The notes under the pieces are model-generated. The model was not told the DNA's origin and did not search any database. It was given only the letters and a program-made list of their open reading frames with translations. Shown in pieces: positions 61,360 to 64,000 of a stretch of DNA of 64,000 nt. Position 1 is the first letter of the stretch, and each line of letters begins with the position of its first letter. A program made the position numbers and the translations under genes. The stretch lies in the NCBI RefSeq assembly GCF_963921235.1, contig NC_086108.1, positions 44,890,001-44,954,000 on the forward strand, written 5' to 3'. Source of the stretch: Mobula hypostoma (taxonomy: Eukaryota).

Positions 61360-62325
61360 TCTCCACTACACATCTATAGAAGCTTGTCACATTTTCAGAT
61401 GACATGCCGAATCTTCACAGACTTCTCAGTAGGTAGTGGCACTACTGTGATGCCTTTGTAATGGCACATGTGCTGGACCTAGGAGAGATTCTCTGAAATG
61501 ATAACACTGAGGAATTTTAAGTTATTGACCCTCTCTACCTCTGAATACCCGATGAGAACTGGCTCATGAACCCCTGGTTTCCTCCTCCTGAAGACAATAA
61601 CCAGCTTGTTGGTCTTACTGACATCGAGTGAGAGGTTGTTGTTGTGGCACCACTCAGCCAGATTTTCCACCTCCCTCCGATATGTTGATTCGTCACCACC
61701 CTTGAATCGGCCAAGGACAGTGGTGTCATCAACAAATTTAAATATGGCATAATAGCTGTGTTTAGCCACACAGGCATAAGTGTAAAGTGAGTAGAGCAGG
61801 GGCTAAGCATACATCCTTGTGGTACACCCATGCTGATGGAGATTATGGAAGAGATATTGTTGCCAATTATAACTGACTGTGGTCTGGAAGTGAGGAATTT
61901 GAGTGTTCAGTTGCACAAGGAGGTATTGAGGGCTATGTCTTGAAGCTTTTTGATTAGTTTTGAGGGGATGGTGGTATTGAATGCCAACCTCTGTTTCATG
62001 AAGAGCATTCTGTTATATGCATCTTTGCAGTCCAGACATTCCAGAAGGCCCAAAGAAATGGCATCTGCTGTAGACATTTTGTGAAGGTAGGCAAATTGGA
62101 GCAGATCCAAGTCACTTCTCAGGTAGGAACTGGCAAGTTTCATCAAAGTACTTCATCACAGTGGATATAAGTGCTATTGGACGATAGTCAATCAGGGAGG
62201 TTACCACTTTATTCTTAAGCACCAGTATTATTGAAGCCTGTTTGAAGCAGGTGGGTATCTCAGACTACTGAAGTGAGAGGTTAAAGTCATCGGTGAACAT
62301 TGCAGCCAGTTGATCAACGCAGGTC
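61360..62325 (-). mobile_element. Rex1-type LINE, 5' part (RT)
   Basis: GVPQGCMLSP, KFVDDTTVLG, LDLLQFAY..STADAI; continues the LINE broken at 49657. Confidence 0.85.
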
Positions 62326-63334
62326 AAAGTTAAACTGTTGGATCAATGAATCCCTGTACATTATTTACCTTCCTTGTGAAATATAGTTGTATATTAACCC
62401 AAAGGCCCTACACCAATTCTGGATGAATTATTAAATTACAGTGTAATTGTACCTGTTTTTAGCTCTTCGGGAGGTCCCTTCAAAATTCAAAATAACGATA
62501 ACTCAGAATTTTATAGCCTTTGATTAGTTGATTTAAGGTCGCTATCTTGTAATTTTAAAGACTGTAATATGATTTTTAACCTCACTGTCCAGCCTGATTC
62601 ATTTTTCTGAGAGCTCCATGTACCTATCTAAGAGTCTCTTAAAAGACCCTATTGTATCCCCCTCTACCACCGTCGCTGGCAGTGCATTCCACTCACTCTC
62701 CACTCTCTGTGTGAAAAAGTGAGAAGAGCATATCTGAATGCAATACTTCGAACCGTGAAGTGGAAGGGCTACGGCAGCAGAAGACCATGAACATACACTC
62801 AGTGGCCACTTTATCATGTACAGGAGGTACCCAATAAGGTTCCACTGAGTGCATATCACAAGCTTGCTGTTGATGTTAAAATAAACTTAATTGAGTGTTT
62901 GAGGAGTTAGCCCTCACTCCAGTGGACAGAGTGAGTGAGGCTAACCAACTCCAGGTTCTGCTGCAAGTTTTACATCAGGCCATACCATCGAGTTTCAACT
63001 TTAAGTATAAGGCCACATTCAGGAAATAGCCTGGCATTGTTTAGGCTTCGGCTGCATTACGATGTTCCTGCTACAAACAGCACTTCTGCTCGACTTGGAT
63101 CTCTGTGATTCCTGTAACCCTGAGAGAATTTCACTTCTATATACTTCAGTGATACAGAGTTGTATCACATTATAAAGTGCATGTAAAACTGACTCAACAT
63201 TTACTTAGTTCTCTGCTCTATCATTGATTCTATATTTTTTGATTGCTCGGTATATAACCAAAATGACCGTCCATAAAAGATTTGTCATGTCATTTCTGAA
63301 ATCCTTAACTCAAAATTTTCTAGATCCATTGCAG

Positions 63335-64000
63335 TTTCCTGCAAAGCCAACAGATCTGTAGATGTTGCAGTTCACATCGGTCTGGACTTCATACTACAGC
63401 ACCTCTACTCCCCTGGTACATATGACTGGAATCTCTTTGTTGATTTTAGTTCAGCCTTCAGAACCATCAAACTTAATGTACTGGGTCCAATCTGCAGATG
63501 GATGACAAACTTCCTTTCTGACAGGAGGCAGTATATGAGACTAACAAGCACACCCCCACATTCTGTGTAATCATCCTTGATGAGCTACGGGGGCGGGGGG
63601 GGGGGGAGGTTGTTCTCTCCCCTCTACACCAATGACTGTCTCTCCAGTTAAACTGAAAATATTTGCAGACAACATCACTGTCATTGGACTAATCACCAGA
63701 GGCGATGAACCCAAGTACCACCAGGAAGTGAACAAGCTAGTGTTCCAGTGCAATCACGACAACCAAGAGCCAAATGCTCCCAAAACTATGGAGACGTATA
63801 TCAACTTCAGGAGAACTGTGTCTCCTTACCACCCACTCATCATCTACATCTCTACAGTTAGCATTATTTCAACACTTAGGTTCTCGTTCATCGTTATTTT
63901 TTGTGGGAGAACCATATATCCTTCAATAACAAAAAGGCTCAGCAGAGGATGTACTTCTTGAAGGGGTTGGTACAATTCGATGGTCCTCAGAATATACGGG
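63335..64000 (+). mobile_element. Old Rex1-type LINE RT fragment
   Basis: VKLKIFADNITVIGLI..DEPKYHQEVNKLV..C. Confidence 0.7.

Noticed and set aside
63589..63610. G-run with G-quadruplex potential (also C-runs near 12700 and 21020)
   Set aside because: Homopolymer expansions within or near decayed repeats, with no evidence of function.
1..64000. CRISPR arrays, rRNA or prokaryotic operons
   Set aside because: Eukaryotic intron-exon and retroelement content throughout; no repeat-spacer pattern seen.

Overview
Vertebrate genomic DNA. The repeat set (CR1 and Rex1-type LINEs, HE1-like SINEs, Penelope-derived short elements) points to a cartilaginous fish, probably a ray (inference). The left half holds a complete 18-coding-exon NDC1 (TMEM48) nucleoporin gene on the minus strand: ATG 30786 to TGA 374, 2076 nt, 691 aa, all introns GT-AG and phase-consistent, with a CpG-rich promoter near 30.6-31.0 kb. 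The right half has no recognisable host gene and is a stack of retroelements. It contains (1) an old two-LTR class III (ERV-L/S-like) endogenous retrovirus at 37306-43450; (2) an internally deleted Mag-type Gypsy element at about 46057-48885; (3) an 11.7-kb head-to-tail trimer of a Gmr1-like Gypsy element (SCAN-type gag, integrase before RT) at 49658-61359. The trimer has shared LTRs, sits inside a Rex1 LINE and is bounded by one 4-bp TSD. Its pol carries three in-frame deletions that remove the IN, RT and RNase H catalytic parts while gag-protease is kept. Many short Penelope-derived insertions carry minimal hammerhead-ribozyme motifs, some as inverted dimers. All calls are by eye, without database searches, and repeat boundaries lacking TSD/TIR support are approximate.
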